From Harriotta raleighana (taxonomy: Eukaryota), in the NCBI GenBank assembly GCA_050575255.1, contig JBNZDD010013730.1, forward strand, positions 5,516,608-5,580,607: 64,000 nt of DNA, given 5' to 3'. The notes beneath the pieces are model-generated. The model made no database searches, was not told the origin of the DNA, and saw nothing but the letters and a program-made list of their open reading frames with translations. Numbering within the stretch: position 1 is the stretch's first letter; each line of letters opens with the position of its first letter. Both the position numbers and the translations under genes were made by a program. Shown piece after piece: positions 1 through 12,107 of the stretch.

Positions 1-63
1 CATCCAAGCGAATGCAGCAAGGAAGAAAAAGTGCAGCACGCCAGCAAAAATGGGACAGGCAAT
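1..63 (-). CDS. ADGRL2: ADGRL2 exon encoding TM3 (partial, continues off the window)
   Basis: The minus strand reads ttgcag|ATT GCC TGT..., giving [21 protein letters not shown], the latrophilin-2 TM3 sequence. The phase 0 acceptor matches the previous exon. Confidence 0.95.
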   Translation of the reverse strand, partial: MACPIFAGVLHFFFLAAFAWM

Positions 64-174
64 CTGCAACAGACAAAGATTTGATTTATCGTTACAAATA
101 AATTACAGAAAGCATAAGCTTCAACGACCACTTTGCAAACTGCTGAATATATTACTACCCAAAGTTTATCTTAG

Positions 175-440
175 CACCTGCACTGTGAGACTGGATTTCG
201 AGGTTTAGGCTAGAGTTTCAGTGCAGGCTTGGAGCCCAGCATTGTCGGAACTGTTATTGTTCGATTAACCCAACATCTTCAGGGGTGTTAAAACCAAGAT
301 CTAGTCTTTCAAGTGGACGCTAAAGAGAAAGGAAGTGGACATGTCAAAAAGAAAAAGGAGTTCCCCCCAATGTCCTAGCCAACATCCCCCCACCCCACGA
401 TTAATTGGTCAACAAATACCCAAAGCAGTCGGGAGATGTT
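175..440 (+). mobile_element. Ancient Deu-domain SINE-like relic
   Basis: The motifs CAAGTGGACGCTAAAGA and GGAGTTCCCCCCAATGTCCTAGCCAACAT resemble the DeuSINE core as I recall it. Boundaries are approximate. Confidence 0.45.
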
Positions 441-2074
441 TCAAGGTGAGAAGGTGCTATTACGCATACGGAAGTACTTTCTTTCTAGACACTTATTAAA
501 CAAAAGACTGAAATCAAACACAACAATTATTTTTGTCCTCATCTGTTTCAGGGGAAAGGTCAGGCTACTCAACTGATTGGAAGGAGCAGTTTTCCAAATT
601 GCCAGTTTCAGTGAAAACAACAAGGAACTCTACAGTGCAAGTCACATTAATAACACAATCTCTTTGTCTCTACATCCTCTAAAAATTACTATAATGACAC
701 CAAACTCTCAGAACACAGCATTGACATTTATATAAATGACTAATCACTGCAAACCTAATTTCAAACTTTGCATTTTTTAAATAATTCAACACTTTCCCAT
801 GTAATTACATTAAAAAAACATAATGCAGATCGCATATGCATCTTATCTATCCGACCTCTGAAATAGTTATACCACAAGATGAATTTTTGATGAGAGAAGG
901 CGGGAGATTAGAAAAGTAAATGAACAGAAATTACCAAGGATTTGATGAGTTGTTAAGTATTAAAATACTCTGTAATTTGGGATGTTTTGTTCAAAACAGT
1001 TTTACACTATGTCATTTAATTTGCCCTTACTAAAAATGTGATACTCCCCAGATGTCTACTCCCTAACAGAACACTACTGCACACATATGAGTGTGGAAAT
1101 GTGTCACATCTGTTTGGGTAGTCACGCTAAAGTGCCTTCAGAAACAGATACGAGAAGTAAATATTCCATGTTAGGTTCACAGCAAATTAAAATCTTCAAT
1201 TCTGTGTCTAATAGTAGTAATTAGTAATAAATGTTGTAAACAACTGCTAAATAATACTGGATTTTATTGAAATCCAAATCTCCCAAAGTATTTTTTTCAG
1301 ATTCTATTTGACAAATAAGTTATTTTGCTGCCTAACAATTTAAGATTAAGTTACCAGTTCCAAATGTTAGGTATTTAGCAGACAATCCCACCTGAATACA
1401 GTATACTGGTAAAGTCAGGTGAGTTGTCAGTTAAGGATAGAAATCCCAATATTTGCCCTCACCACTTCACATTCACAGCCTCCTGCTAAATGGACACCTG
1501 AGGTACCAACATTAATCAAGCTTTCAATAATGTTCTTCCAAGTGCTAATATCTCAAATTAAAAGAAACGATTGTATGTCGCTCGAAATCATTGTGTGAGA
1601 AAGTTGCACCATGGTTAAATAGTTATTGTAAAGCTGGAGAATACTAGATTACATTGAACACAGAGGAATTAGCATCTCAGTCCATTTGCTCCCTCCAAAA
1701 TGCTCAGGGACAAACACCTACTCTTTGCACCCATTTCCCACACAGGGTTGGGGGTGGGGGGAGAGTGCTGCTTCAGGGAATGGCAACATGCCATATGAAA
1801 GAGCACAGCATGTCGACACAGATGGAAAAAAAAACTTGAGACTATGTGAGAAAGTCCCTGCTCCCCCCACCAAAAATTAACTCAATATCTTCTGGATCAG
1901 TGGATTTATGGTTGCCTTTCTACATTGCCAATAACCAAATCTTTCAATGAAACAGCCTGGAGAATGCTCTTTAATCAAAAAGACAAATGGTGACGGTGTT
2001 AAGATAGCAAACCTCTGACCCATTATATTGTTTTCGCCCACAAATATAGTCAATTTTTTCTACTTTCCTTCTCC

Positions 2075-2168
2075 CCGACCCTTCCCCCTCTGCTCTGATC
2101 CCCACTTGACTGTACAGCGCCTTGGGATGTCCTCCCGACGTGAAAGGCGCTTATATAAATGTAATTTT
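2075..2168 (+). mobile_element. L2 LINE 3' tail fragment
   Basis: Reads TGACTGTACAGCGCCTTGGGATGTCCTCCCGACGTGAAAGGCGCTTATATAAATG, nearly identical to 39490-39540. Confidence 0.8.
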
Positions 2169-2470
2169 GATCGATTGTATCTTTAAGGAATGGAGAGGTT
2201 GCGGAAGTCTGTGTAAAGGTTGCAGAGGTGTAGCCCACAACGTCACCTTGATTTATGAACTCTCCAACACCCTGCACTTGTTTAATATCACAGCTAAACA
2301 TGGCCACCAATCAACAGGCCTTGAATCATAAGCCTATATAACACCACTGCGGCAGTTTGATCCACAAGGTCAGGAGAGCAGAGTCATATTTAAATTCTCA
2401 TTCATTTCAAACAAAAGCCATTTTCCAAGGCTATCATTTTGCAAAATCAATACAAAGAGCGACACATTAC

Positions 2471-2680
2471 CTCGTATTTAACCTTATCGATGCCGATTAA
2501 GAAAATGAACTCAGCAATAAACAAATTAATGCACAGGTTCTTGTGGATGGTGTTGCGGTCACTTTGAAGACCTCGGAAGAAGCAGAAAGTAAAGATGCAA
2601 ATAGCCAGGCAGATCAGGGAGATGACGATTCCCACCCAGGTGATGACAGAGAGGAGCAATTCATGCATTCCACTTTTGTA
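2471..2680 (-). CDS. ADGRL2: ADGRL2 exon encoding TM1-TM2
   Basis: 210 bp with ends ttccag|TAC and GAG|gtaatg. Translates as [70 protein letters not shown]. Confidence 0.96.
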
Positions 2681-3020
2681 CTGGAAATGAAGTATGGTCA
2701 GAATTAATATGGCTGTTTATCAATACAAACAGAAGAACAGCTATGTTTCCATTCATCATTTCAGCAGGAGGCAGCCAGAAATTTACTGTCTCCTCTTATA
2801 GGCGATACGGGGAAATAAATGCTCAATGGCTGTCAATCATCAGGCTAATCCTTTTTATACTGGAAGTGATTCATTTTTTTTTTAAACAAAAAGTGGGGAG
2901 GGGAACTTGTCTGCAAACAATAGTGCAATTGGGCGAAATGGCAGCTGTACTTTATTCTGTCTGCATTTACGATGTTGCTGTGTGGAGAGAATGAGTCTGA
3001 GGAATGCGTTATGGACTCAC

Positions 3021-3194
3021 CTCAATCTCTTTGTGGGCCATGAGGATTGCGAAGTTGGTCAGGTGGTGACACTCACAGGTCGTGTGTGTTTTATTGGTGT
3101 ACACTAGCCTGCAGCCTTTGGTGGACCAGTAACCCATCATGGTGCGCTCAGAGTAGTTCCAGAATGAGCAGTTTGCATTAAAATAGTTGTCAGG
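3021..3194 (-). CDS. ADGRL2: ADGRL2 exon encoding the GPS motif and Stachel peptide
   Basis: 174 bp with ends ttatag|CCT and GAG|gtgagt. Translates as [58 protein letters not shown]. The HL/T autoproteolysis site is at 3060/3059. Confidence 0.96.
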
Positions 3195-3354
3195 CTATAA
3201 TAAATTGCGAGGGAGAAAGGGAAAGAACATGTCAAGCTTTTTCACATGTAGGCTCCGGGCCACACAGATTATTTCAGAATTTTAGATCCGAAAGATACGG
3301 TTGTCAAAATCGAACTGATTGAAGAGCAGGCGTTTATTTAGAGCAAACTCAGGC

Positions 3355-3417
3355 AGTACTGAGACGTTAAGAAGATATAAAAAGTGCTATATCAATTGCA
3401 AGGATTATTATTATTAC
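3355..3417 (+). mobile_element. SINE family A 3' tail fragment
   Basis: Reads GAGACGTTAAGAAGATATAAAAAGTGCTATATCAATTGCAAGGATTATTATT. Confidence 0.65.
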
Positions 3418-3548
3418 TAATCAGTGAAGCAAACTCATTTAATACAGGTTCTGTGACTAACTAAATTCTTCTAAAAGAGACATTTGCTCTCTAATTTTCT
3501 TCCAACAGAAATCTTCTGACATTCATTTAACTCAACGAGTCAACTTAC

Positions 3549-3751
3549 ATCAAGGTGCTCCAATGTAAAAACTACTGGATCAGACAGGAACACACGAATA
3601 GACTCCTTGTTGATAGAAGCTGCTATGATGTGGGAGTTCACTGCGATGGAATAGTTTTGTCCGTTTGTATCACCCAGATTTATCGTTGCATTTTCTGTAG
3701 TAAGAAACTGGCCCAAGCTTTTGTACAGAATGAACACTAGCTTTGCGACAC
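3549..3751 (-). CDS. ADGRL2: ADGRL2 exon, GAIN subdomain B
   Basis: 203 bp with ends caacag|GT and GAT|gtaagt, phase 1 to 0. Translates as (G)[22 protein letters not shown]...[11 protein letters not shown]. Confidence 0.95.
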
Positions 3752-4002
3752 CTGTTGGCAAAAAAATGGTTTACTATTCGTACATTGCTTTTTGGCAGTA
3801 TTCTGTGATCTTCAACTCTTTGATTTTACTTTCACACGATCGACTATTTATAGCTAATAAAATCCAGTTAGCCCAGAGGAGTAAAATCCTTACCTTTATA
3901 TGTTTAACAAAGTAGGGGTAGGGGGAAAAAGTTGAAACAAATTTAGTTGAGAGCAGTAATCCTTACTTGAGGAGGAATCTGGTTTGCTGCTGCTGTGCTT
4001 AC

Positions 4003-4125
4003 CAGTGCGACTGTTTTGCTTGACAGTGTTGACTGAAAGTTGGATCGAATTCCCACCCATATTGCCTTGGGGAAATTTGAAGTCCTGATCCTGGCCCTCC
4101 GTGCCAAACACACCCACCTCCAGAA
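4003..4125 (-). CDS. ADGRL2: ADGRL2 exon, GAIN domain
   Basis: 123 bp with ends atccag|TT and ACT G|gtaagc, phase 1 to 1. Translates as (V)[40 protein letters not shown]. Confidence 0.93.
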
Positions 4126-7100
4126 CTGGATCAGCCAGATAAGAATTATAGTTTGCGAAGGGGAGGGAGCGGGTGTGTGAGAGAGAGAGAAGAGAGAAGC
4201 AAACAGAAGTTTTTACTGTGTAGTCAGATTACAAAGTGTCAAGACGATCACTTGCTGAAAAATCATTATTCTGCTATCACCATCCTCCCATTTCAAAGGA
4301 TGTGCACTGACATGCTCAGAAAGCAAGTGGTATTTAGTAAACTTCCACAGACAAAAGGAACAAGCCTTGTTTTCGTTAAGTCAGGCCACCAATTCAGCCA
4401 CGCCATTGATGTGCAAACAGAACTTAAACAACAACAAGTTACCTCTACATTTGTAAAGAGACGGATTTGTCAACGAAATTCTGAGATGGATCTTACAATG
4501 TGATTATATTACAACACTGGCGCATTGGTGACAGAGCTGGAATATGAATAAGATTCTGCTGTTACCATCGAATCCTGGACTTCATTCGGTGGACAGATAT
4601 ATACGTTGATAGGGTAAACAGTCCACCCCCATTGCAACCGATATGTGTCAAATCTTTCACTTTTCAGCTCAAGTCTGTGATACACTGAACACAGTTGCTG
4701 TGCGGGATCAGTTTTGAATTTCAGATTGCTGGATAATAAGAGTGCACTCAACAGGGGGACAGAGAGATTTGCTGCTTTATTCTTTCTTTTGACAAGTTAA
4801 GCATTTTTTGCATATTTGTCCCATGTGGTGAGACTGCAGGCAATCTAACTATATTCCACATTTTTAGTGCCAGTAAGTACAGCAGGTTGTGATACTGAAC
4901 TTGATTTAATTGGAAGTACAGGAATACCGGTACTGATAGCACTGCTGTTTTTCTTCTGAATGAATTGAGGAATTTTCCTATTGTTTCACAATACTTTGAG
5001 ATGCTGGTTTGTCACTTATTGCCTAGACAAACAACCTCATCACTTGAGGCATACTAACACATGGGATAAACTGAGAATATGCCTTCCAATACGTTACCGA
5101 AGCACATATATCAGATTCAGTTCAATTCGTGCACAAAAACCTTATGCAAAGCATTATTTAAAGGTGCTTTAAGCATAGTAATTAATTGAATAGCTGGTCA
5201 ATTACACTCACTGTAACTCAGAGGTAGGCCATGCAGCTGTATACTGTGTAGAATCAGGTTTTAGTTATTACTGGAATTAACGATCACATTTATCTGTTCC
5301 GAGTAGGATGCCTGTTTGGAATTCAAATTGACCTAACTGAATTTATATCATATTTGTGCTGAGAGTCTTATCTAGGATGTGCAAGATTAATTCCTGCTGG
5401 GGAAACTGCAAAACGTTGCACAAAAGTTAAGAAATCAAGAAAATAGGCTGTCTCACTCAACAGTCCAGGATTTCTACTTGACAATTTTAACTGCTCAGAC
5501 TGATGATATTAAGCCATTTGGTTAGAAGGCTAATATGGGAGATACATTCTCAGTTTTGTGTCAATATATAACATAATGAGACTTCAGTAAAACATTGCGT
5601 TGTTACGAAGAAACTCAAAGTCTAGGGTGTCCACAAGGCTTAGGTTTGATGGGTTCTGATGTATATCAGTGGGGTAAAAGAAACAAACAATGAAACATGA
5701 GACTGGAGGAGAGATATCTGTTGTATTGTTTTACAGACTAACCCATTGGGAGTCAATGATTGTGTACAGTTTATGGCAGGATATATGGTATATCAGTCCC
5801 TTCTTTTACAGGCTGTACATTGACTCCCAATAGGGATCAGTAGTGAAATAACCTTTCCTTGCTGTTAAAAACTTGCTAAAAACTTGCTGTTTTAAATTCT
5901 TAAATCTATCAGTACATTACTTTCTTTCTCAATTATCAAGGCTGCAAGTCATTAGGATACAATGTGATGATACGCAATGACTCCAAGACTTACTTTACCT
6001 GAGGCACTTTGATGCCTTGTTTACAGTACATCGCTAAAGTTCACATTTGTTCTGAATTTACAACCACTTTACATCCAATTCCACAGAATAAACAGTGCAG
6101 AGTTAATTACTCCAATCTGTTTGAGGTAATAGCTCTTGCCTCAAAAATCCATTTAAAATCCATTTAAAATCAGCCCTACAGCATCAGGTTGCTGACACAA
6201 ACAGTCTGATTTGCTTCTAGGCATTTCCAGCAATGGGTAGCAATATGTATAATGCTTTTATATCTCGAGACCGCCTCCAGAGGAAAGGCCAACTCTGGAG
6301 GCAACTGGTCATGCAAAACGGACAGTTTTCCCGTCATTACATATTTTGATCTCCTGTTGCCTCCACGTAGGTCCAACTCTGGAATGAAAGGGGTTGGGCT
6401 AGAGAGTCCAGACCCTATGACATTCCAAAACATCCTTTATAACCAGCACAATACAGCGGTGGCACAATCGAAAAGGCTGGGAGTAAAGTTGCATGAAATA
6501 CAGACACATCGTCGGTTGTTTGGGTCCCGGAGATCACAAAAATAAATGACTAACAACGGCTCTGCTCCTGCGTGAACGCCTGATGATATTGTTCAACATA
6601 CATAAACAATGATGTCAGACGCTCCTGCAAGTCGCTTAATGCAACCCAAATAAGATAGTATCCACCGACTGACTCTCCAATATCACTGGAAGTCCAATGC
6701 ATGACACGGTTCCATATGTGGACTAATCGATAGTCACTGTAACTGGTCACAGTTTACAACGATGTGTGACATATGACAGGTCGAGTATTTACACCACAAC
6801 CTCCATTCTAGTTTCCTCCATATTTGCCTATTCCTGGTGTGCAATAGTGCAATAGTGTAATCCCAAAGTGGTCAATACAATACAATCCCAAACAATTTTT
6901 TTTTTTTTAAATCTAGCGCACAACTTTGGGGATAGTAAATAATCATTTGTTGGAAACTTACATATGAGTTTAATATTAATTGAAATCAGTGTGGATACAG
7001 AACTTTGAATGGTATTAATGTCCAAGGAACAGATGAACTGAATGCTTGCTTGTTCCACATTGGATTTAGAGGCTTCCACTACACATGTAATTTACCTAAT

Positions 7101-7578
7101 TTTAAGCAGTGGACGGATTATTTGTCTAAAACAAATCCACAATCTTTGTGTCCAATCTTTGTGTCCAGCAGATTGAAGGGCGAGATTTGAATGGCTGCAG
7201 CTCATTCCCGTTTCATTCACTTCTTCCTGATCGTGTTCTTAAATGTTTGAATGAAATGATAACTCTCTCACTAAACACCAACAGTCTTTTCATGCTCACT
7301 ATTAGCAGCTGAGGTCTCTTTGATCCGCAGATTATTCAGGTCAGGAAAACCCGTTTATCATCAAACTTCCTCGCAACAGAATGGAATGCTGACATTTATT
7401 CCCTTTTGAAATATATCACTTCTGTCAAAGACAGACAGGCAATGATTCCACCTTCTGTTTTTTTGGCCTCACAAAAGCATTTGTGCCATGTGTTTGATTT
7501 ACAAACAGGAAGAGTTATCACAATTGAACCTGACAGATCTGTGTTGTGTATCTCCTCTCTAACATACGTGCCACTCAC

Positions 7579-7762
7579 CTATATTATCAGTGGGTACTTT
7601 GACTCTGGCTGGTTCAATTAGATTGTCTGCCAGGACAAAAGCCCCTTCCTCCAGCGTGTCCAGCAGCATAGTAGCAGTGTGAGCCTGCTCTGTTGAATTC
7701 ATATCTTTCCACGAATCCAGCGCTTCAGTTCTCAACAAGTTGTCAACAGTGTCCACAATTGC
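7579..7762 (-). CDS. ADGRL2: ADGRL2 exon, GAIN subdomain A
   Basis: 184 bp with ends atccag|GCA and ATA G|gtgagt. Translates as [61 protein letters not shown]. Confidence 0.95.
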
Positions 7763-8137
7763 CTGGATCCATTGAAACAAATCTCATTAGTACCGTTTCA
7801 CGGCAGGTTTGCTTCGACATTTCATGGCGTTTTCAAATATGCAATAAAACAGCGTGTGTTCAATGTAGACATTCAGGGAAGCAACAAAAGCAACCTAGCA
7901 GATCCGGCAGTACACAAAGGCAATTATGTAGAAAATGTTTCTGTAGCAAATGATTTATGTATTTGAATGTTTCGTTATTTTCTAGCTTTCTCCACCTCAC
8001 CTGTGTGAGGTCTCAATGGAGATGAGCTTTCCACCACTACTTACAAATTCAGAGCCTACATGTTGTAGGAATTTACATATGAATCAAAGAAAAGTAAAAC
8101 AATATTAGTGATCTTCAAAGTTTATTAACCGCTGTTA

Positions 8138-8453
8138 TAATAATAATAATCCTTGCATTTGATATAGCGCTTTTCATATCTTATCGACATCCCAAAGCGC
8201 TTCACAGAATATACTGTAAAGTGAATTGACTGTATATTTGTGGGCGGAAAGCAGCAGCCAATTGCGCACAGCAGCGTCCCACAAACAGTCATGGATTGAA
8301 ATGACCAATTTTATTGTGTTTTGTTTGGAGGGATTATTATTAGGCATGTGGAGTAAGGAAACTTGCCCAAGGTTTCGCCCTGATCTGCCTGGATCCGAAC
8401 ACAGGTCTCATGTTTGTAAGGCGAGTGCTCTAATGACTGAGCCACAGGAGCTC
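8138..8453 (-). mobile_element. Near full-length tRNA-derived SINE (family A, Deu-domain-like core, L2-like 3' tail)
   Basis: The minus-strand head has a box A-like TGGCTCAGTCATT and a box B GTTCGGATCC. The core is TGTTTGTGGGACGCTGCTGTGCGCAATTGGCTGC and the tail is GCGCTATATCAAATGCAAGG(ATT)n. It recurs several times in the window. Confidence 0.88.
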
Positions 8454-8649
8454 ATTTGCATGCAATTGCATGCAAACGATTAGGCAGCATTGACTCCTTT
8501 CCCCGTTATCAAATATTTGATGCTTTAAAAAAAACTAATATGAAAATGCAGATCAGGAAATGGAAAATGCAGCTCCAGCAGAGAAACAATTGGTAAACAA
8601 CTTTAAATATTACTTGGGAGAATAATTAATTTTTTTTTGTCACCAAGGA

Positions 8650-8815
8650 ATTCCTCCCCTCCCAACCCCTCGTTCCTTGTGCCTGGGCATGGTTCCACGG
8701 TGCTGGTTGCTCTCAGTACCTCACCAAATGGCCATTATTCATGTGTGAGCTTTGACAGTGAGTGCTGGCAGGCTATTCAACCATGGGAACATCACAGCTG
8801 AGCGTGGAGCTTGCC
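8650..8815 (-). mobile_element. Old SINE family B, 3' part
   Basis: The minus strand reads GCTCACACATGAATAATGGCCATTTGGTGAGGTACTGAGAG, shared with the copies at 22.3, 28.8, 31.85 and 35.05 kb. Confidence 0.65.
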
Positions 8816-10234
8816 AGCATGCTTAGCAGGTTAATGATATGTATGAGATGGCTGTCTTATTTTTTTATTGTAAAAGTATGTAGGTGAGGAAAGAGAGGGC
8901 TACATTTGCATTATACAACCAGCTGAAAAATATTGCCCGAAGGTGTGGGCGCCATGGAATCTATCAATCATTTTGCAGGCATGATTCATGACCGTTTTTA
9001 GAGGCTAATGGCTGGGGAAAGTTCAAATAGAACAGTCTACACAGGCCAGTGAGCAAGAAACACCACCACTATAGTGTACTCTTGGGCTCAGCCACAGTCC
9101 AACAATGTTGCCTCCTACCAGAGGTGCTTCTGTCTACCACCTATTTAGGTGGGTCTCAGTGCCTCACACCTCTGCTTGGAGCATCGCTGTAAAGAAAAGC
9201 AGCAGAAAGAACAGTTTTGTGAGAGAGCAGTCAACATTTCACCTCCAAGGAGGAAGGAGGGCGGAAAAAAGAAAGCGCAAGATTCCTGCTTGCATCACTG
9301 AACTAAGTTATCATTAATCAAATAACATGTTAATTGCTAGCAAAATAAGTGCTTTCACCATACGTGCAGCAAATTATTGGTGGGAATGAAAAAGAGATTC
9401 ACTCTCTATTTAAATCGTCGATGCATCAGTGTACTTTTACATTCAAGAGGGTAAAAGCTGAGCTCCTGCTTGGTGCTTTATGGGGTCATTTCCCTTTAAT
9501 AAAAGGTTTGACTGAATACTGCATAGTTCACTTGGAATGGATTGTTATGGAAGTTTTTTTTAAAAAAAGTAACAAAAAAAGCAGGAGACCATTAAAATCC
9601 CATCAGAAAGTAATTATATTGAATCAACTAAATCAGTTAATCAATTGTGGCTCTACTTGGCTTATAATGTACAGATAATGTAACAGTGAATTAAGCATAG
9701 GAAGCAAGCGTTGTTGGTCCACTGTCTTTTAGGATACTGCAATTCACTGAGTAAATGGTACGGACTACATATGGCTTGTCTGATCAATTTTAATGTAGCA
9801 GTTCCATTAACAAGACACTTTATGCAAATAAAAACAGGGTGATTTTACAGAGCGCATTGTGCGTGCATGAATGATTAGAAAAACTCCGCTAAGGCTACTG
9901 TCAGCATAAGATTAATTAGCCTAATCCATCTTAATATCCTCTTTCTGTCTGGTTTTCAAGCCACTATGACCTTCCTGGCAGGTGGAAGATACTTAGATGT
10001 GGCATTAAAGGCTTTTTCCTCTCTAATGGGAGACAGAATAGTCAAAATGCTAATACTAGTTCTGCCACAGCCATCAACTGTGAGGAGAAATTGGTCTGCT
10101 GAGGCCTTTCCTTCTAGTTACACAAAAATACAGCTCTATATTTCTTTTCTGCTGTATACGTGAACCCATTGTTACAAAGAGTGAATTTATTTGAAATTAA
10201 AAGCAAATTGTAATTTAAATGGTTTGTCAGTGTC

Positions 10235-10452
10235 GGTTTCGCGGAACAGGGAAATGTAAGCTCCATTTGGTTCCAAGACTGTAACTCCTACAGACTCGGA
10301 ACCATCAGTGCATTAGTAGGATGAGACGTCGAAATGAGATCCGGCCTACCTATTTATATATAGTCAATTCACTTTACTATATGTCCTACGAAAGTGCTTT
10401 GAGACGTCTCGAAGACATGATAAAGCGCTGTATCAAATGGAAAGGATTATTT
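10235..10452 (+). mobile_element. SINE family A-related variant with a different 5' part and the same tail
   Basis: The tail is AGTCAATTCACTTTAC...AAGTGCTTTGAGACGTC...GCGCTGTATCAAATGGAAAGGATTATT, preceded by a GGATGAGACG motif. The 5' boundary is approximate. Confidence 0.65.
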
Positions 10453-11679
10453 CTCCGGTGCTCTACCCAATAACGTTATAAAATTTATTGTTATTGATAG
10501 CTAAACAATTAACATACAAAATACGGAAGCAATGCATGCACATGAAACATTTCTTATAATTTGTGCTATCCTTAAACTGACCATTAAGTATACAACATTT
10601 AAAAAACAGTAACTCAGCTGTGGTGGCAAAGTCATTGCAACTCATGCTGGGAAGATATTTCATTGCTCTACTGTTTTTTTCCCACACACCTATTTGGAAA
10701 GCATAATAAATAAATGTTCTTTGTTGTCTTGTTGCTACACAACCCGACATTAATGGTACGTTGGTAAGCAATTCCAGATCCACAGGAAAATCAAGACAAA
10801 TGTTGTGGTAATGCTGATACGAATGTATCAAAGAACTTTGGGCCTAATTTTCAAATGTGTTCCTTCCAAAGATGCTGCAGACATGTTGTATAACACACAC
10901 ACATGCACATAAATATAGCACCAAAAAATGCCTTTATTTTTCTGTACCCAAATTATTTTGATTTACTGCTGATCAGCCAGAACATTTTGATTGTGGTGGG
11001 GAGGCAGTATTGTAGATCCCCACAGAAAGTTTCAAAATTAATTCGAGAATATCAACATTCCAGCAAAAAATTCAATTCCTGTGTGTTTTATTAAAAAAAA
11101 TNGGTGGGGAGGCAGTATTGTAGATCCCCACAGAAAGTTTCAAAATTAATTCTAGAATANGTGGGGAGGCAGTATTGTAGATCCCCACAGAAAGTTTCAA
11201 AATTAATTCGAGAATATCAACATTCCAGCAAAAAATTCAATTCCTGTGTGTTTTATTAAAAAAAATTGATTTTGTCATCAAAATGTAAGTGACTTTAAAG
11301 CTAAGAGAATTAAGAAATTCCACTGGAATGCTTGAACGCTATAAACATTCAACTGCCAAAGATTTCTCCGATGTACGGGAAGATTGGCCAGAATTTACCA
11401 CACTACAGTGTTTAGTGTCTGTAACATAAGTCGCAAACAGAACTCTCATAGGATGTGGATCACGCCAACCCATAGGAGCTTCAGAATGGTGGGAAGAAAA
11501 ACAATGGCCACATACAATTTGACAAGAAAGAACAGACTGCCAACAAAAATCGTTCTGCGGCAATTTTGAAAATAGAGCCCAATATCAGAGAAGAATGAAT
11601 AGCGACACAGGGACTTCATGCAGCTTAGTGGCAAGCAGTTGGGAGGAAGGCGAAGAAAGTGACAGTACAGATCAGCTAC

Positions 11680-11718
11680 CTTAATGTATGCCATGCATGT
11701 CCTCTCTCTTTTTTGGAG
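11680..11718 (-). CDS. ADGRL2: ADGRL2 39-nt exon in GAIN subdomain A (LQKRERTCMAYIK), likely a cassette exon
   Basis: Ends are gaaaag|CTC and AAG|gtagct, symmetric phase 0. It resembles the LQKREKTCRAYLK segment of mammalian latrophilin-2. Confidence 0.9.
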
Positions 11719-11921
11719 CTTTTCCATTTATAGACAGCAGAGTTCATTAAAAATAGAAAACACAAAATGGTTAGTGAAAGAAGAGTAGCATTGGTTACTA
11801 TTGCACTAAGAGCTCAAAGGACCTAGAAGAGACATTCTAATACACAAATAGAGGCAGTTTCTTTGTATGAAGGAAGCACCCCATTTGAAACAAGTAAATG
11901 CTTATAGATCATTAGCCTTAC

Positions 11922-12107
11922 CTTGTTAAAACTATGACCCACGGTGTCTTTTTCGCTCGGCCGTAGCTCCTGCAGCTGAGCATCTAAGATATCAACCAAC
12001 TGTTCCATCAGTCTAACTGATGAACTCACATCGCCCGCATAAATTGGTCCTCTGGTGTGCTTGGCTAGCTCGTTTGCTAGATTCGCAGCATTTTCACCAC
12101 TTCTAAT
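11922..12107 (-). CDS. ADGRL2: ADGRL2 exon, start of the GAIN domain
   Basis: 186 bp with ends ttacag|ATT and AAG|gtaagg. Translates as [62 protein letters not shown]. Confidence 0.95.

Noticed and set aside
6270-6312. 10-bp perfect stem-loop (GCCTCCAGAG-n10-CTCTGGAGGC)
   Set aside because: It is short, with no supporting context, and is probably part of a decayed transposon. A prokaryotic terminator reading does not apply here.
10995-11265. Apparent tandem duplications joined by N, here and near 13020, 31427, 34611, 36773, 42499, 51905, 52309 and 58084
   Set aside because: Each has an N at the junction between near-identical copies. This is the signature of unmerged overlapping contig ends or haplotypes, not of real repeats.
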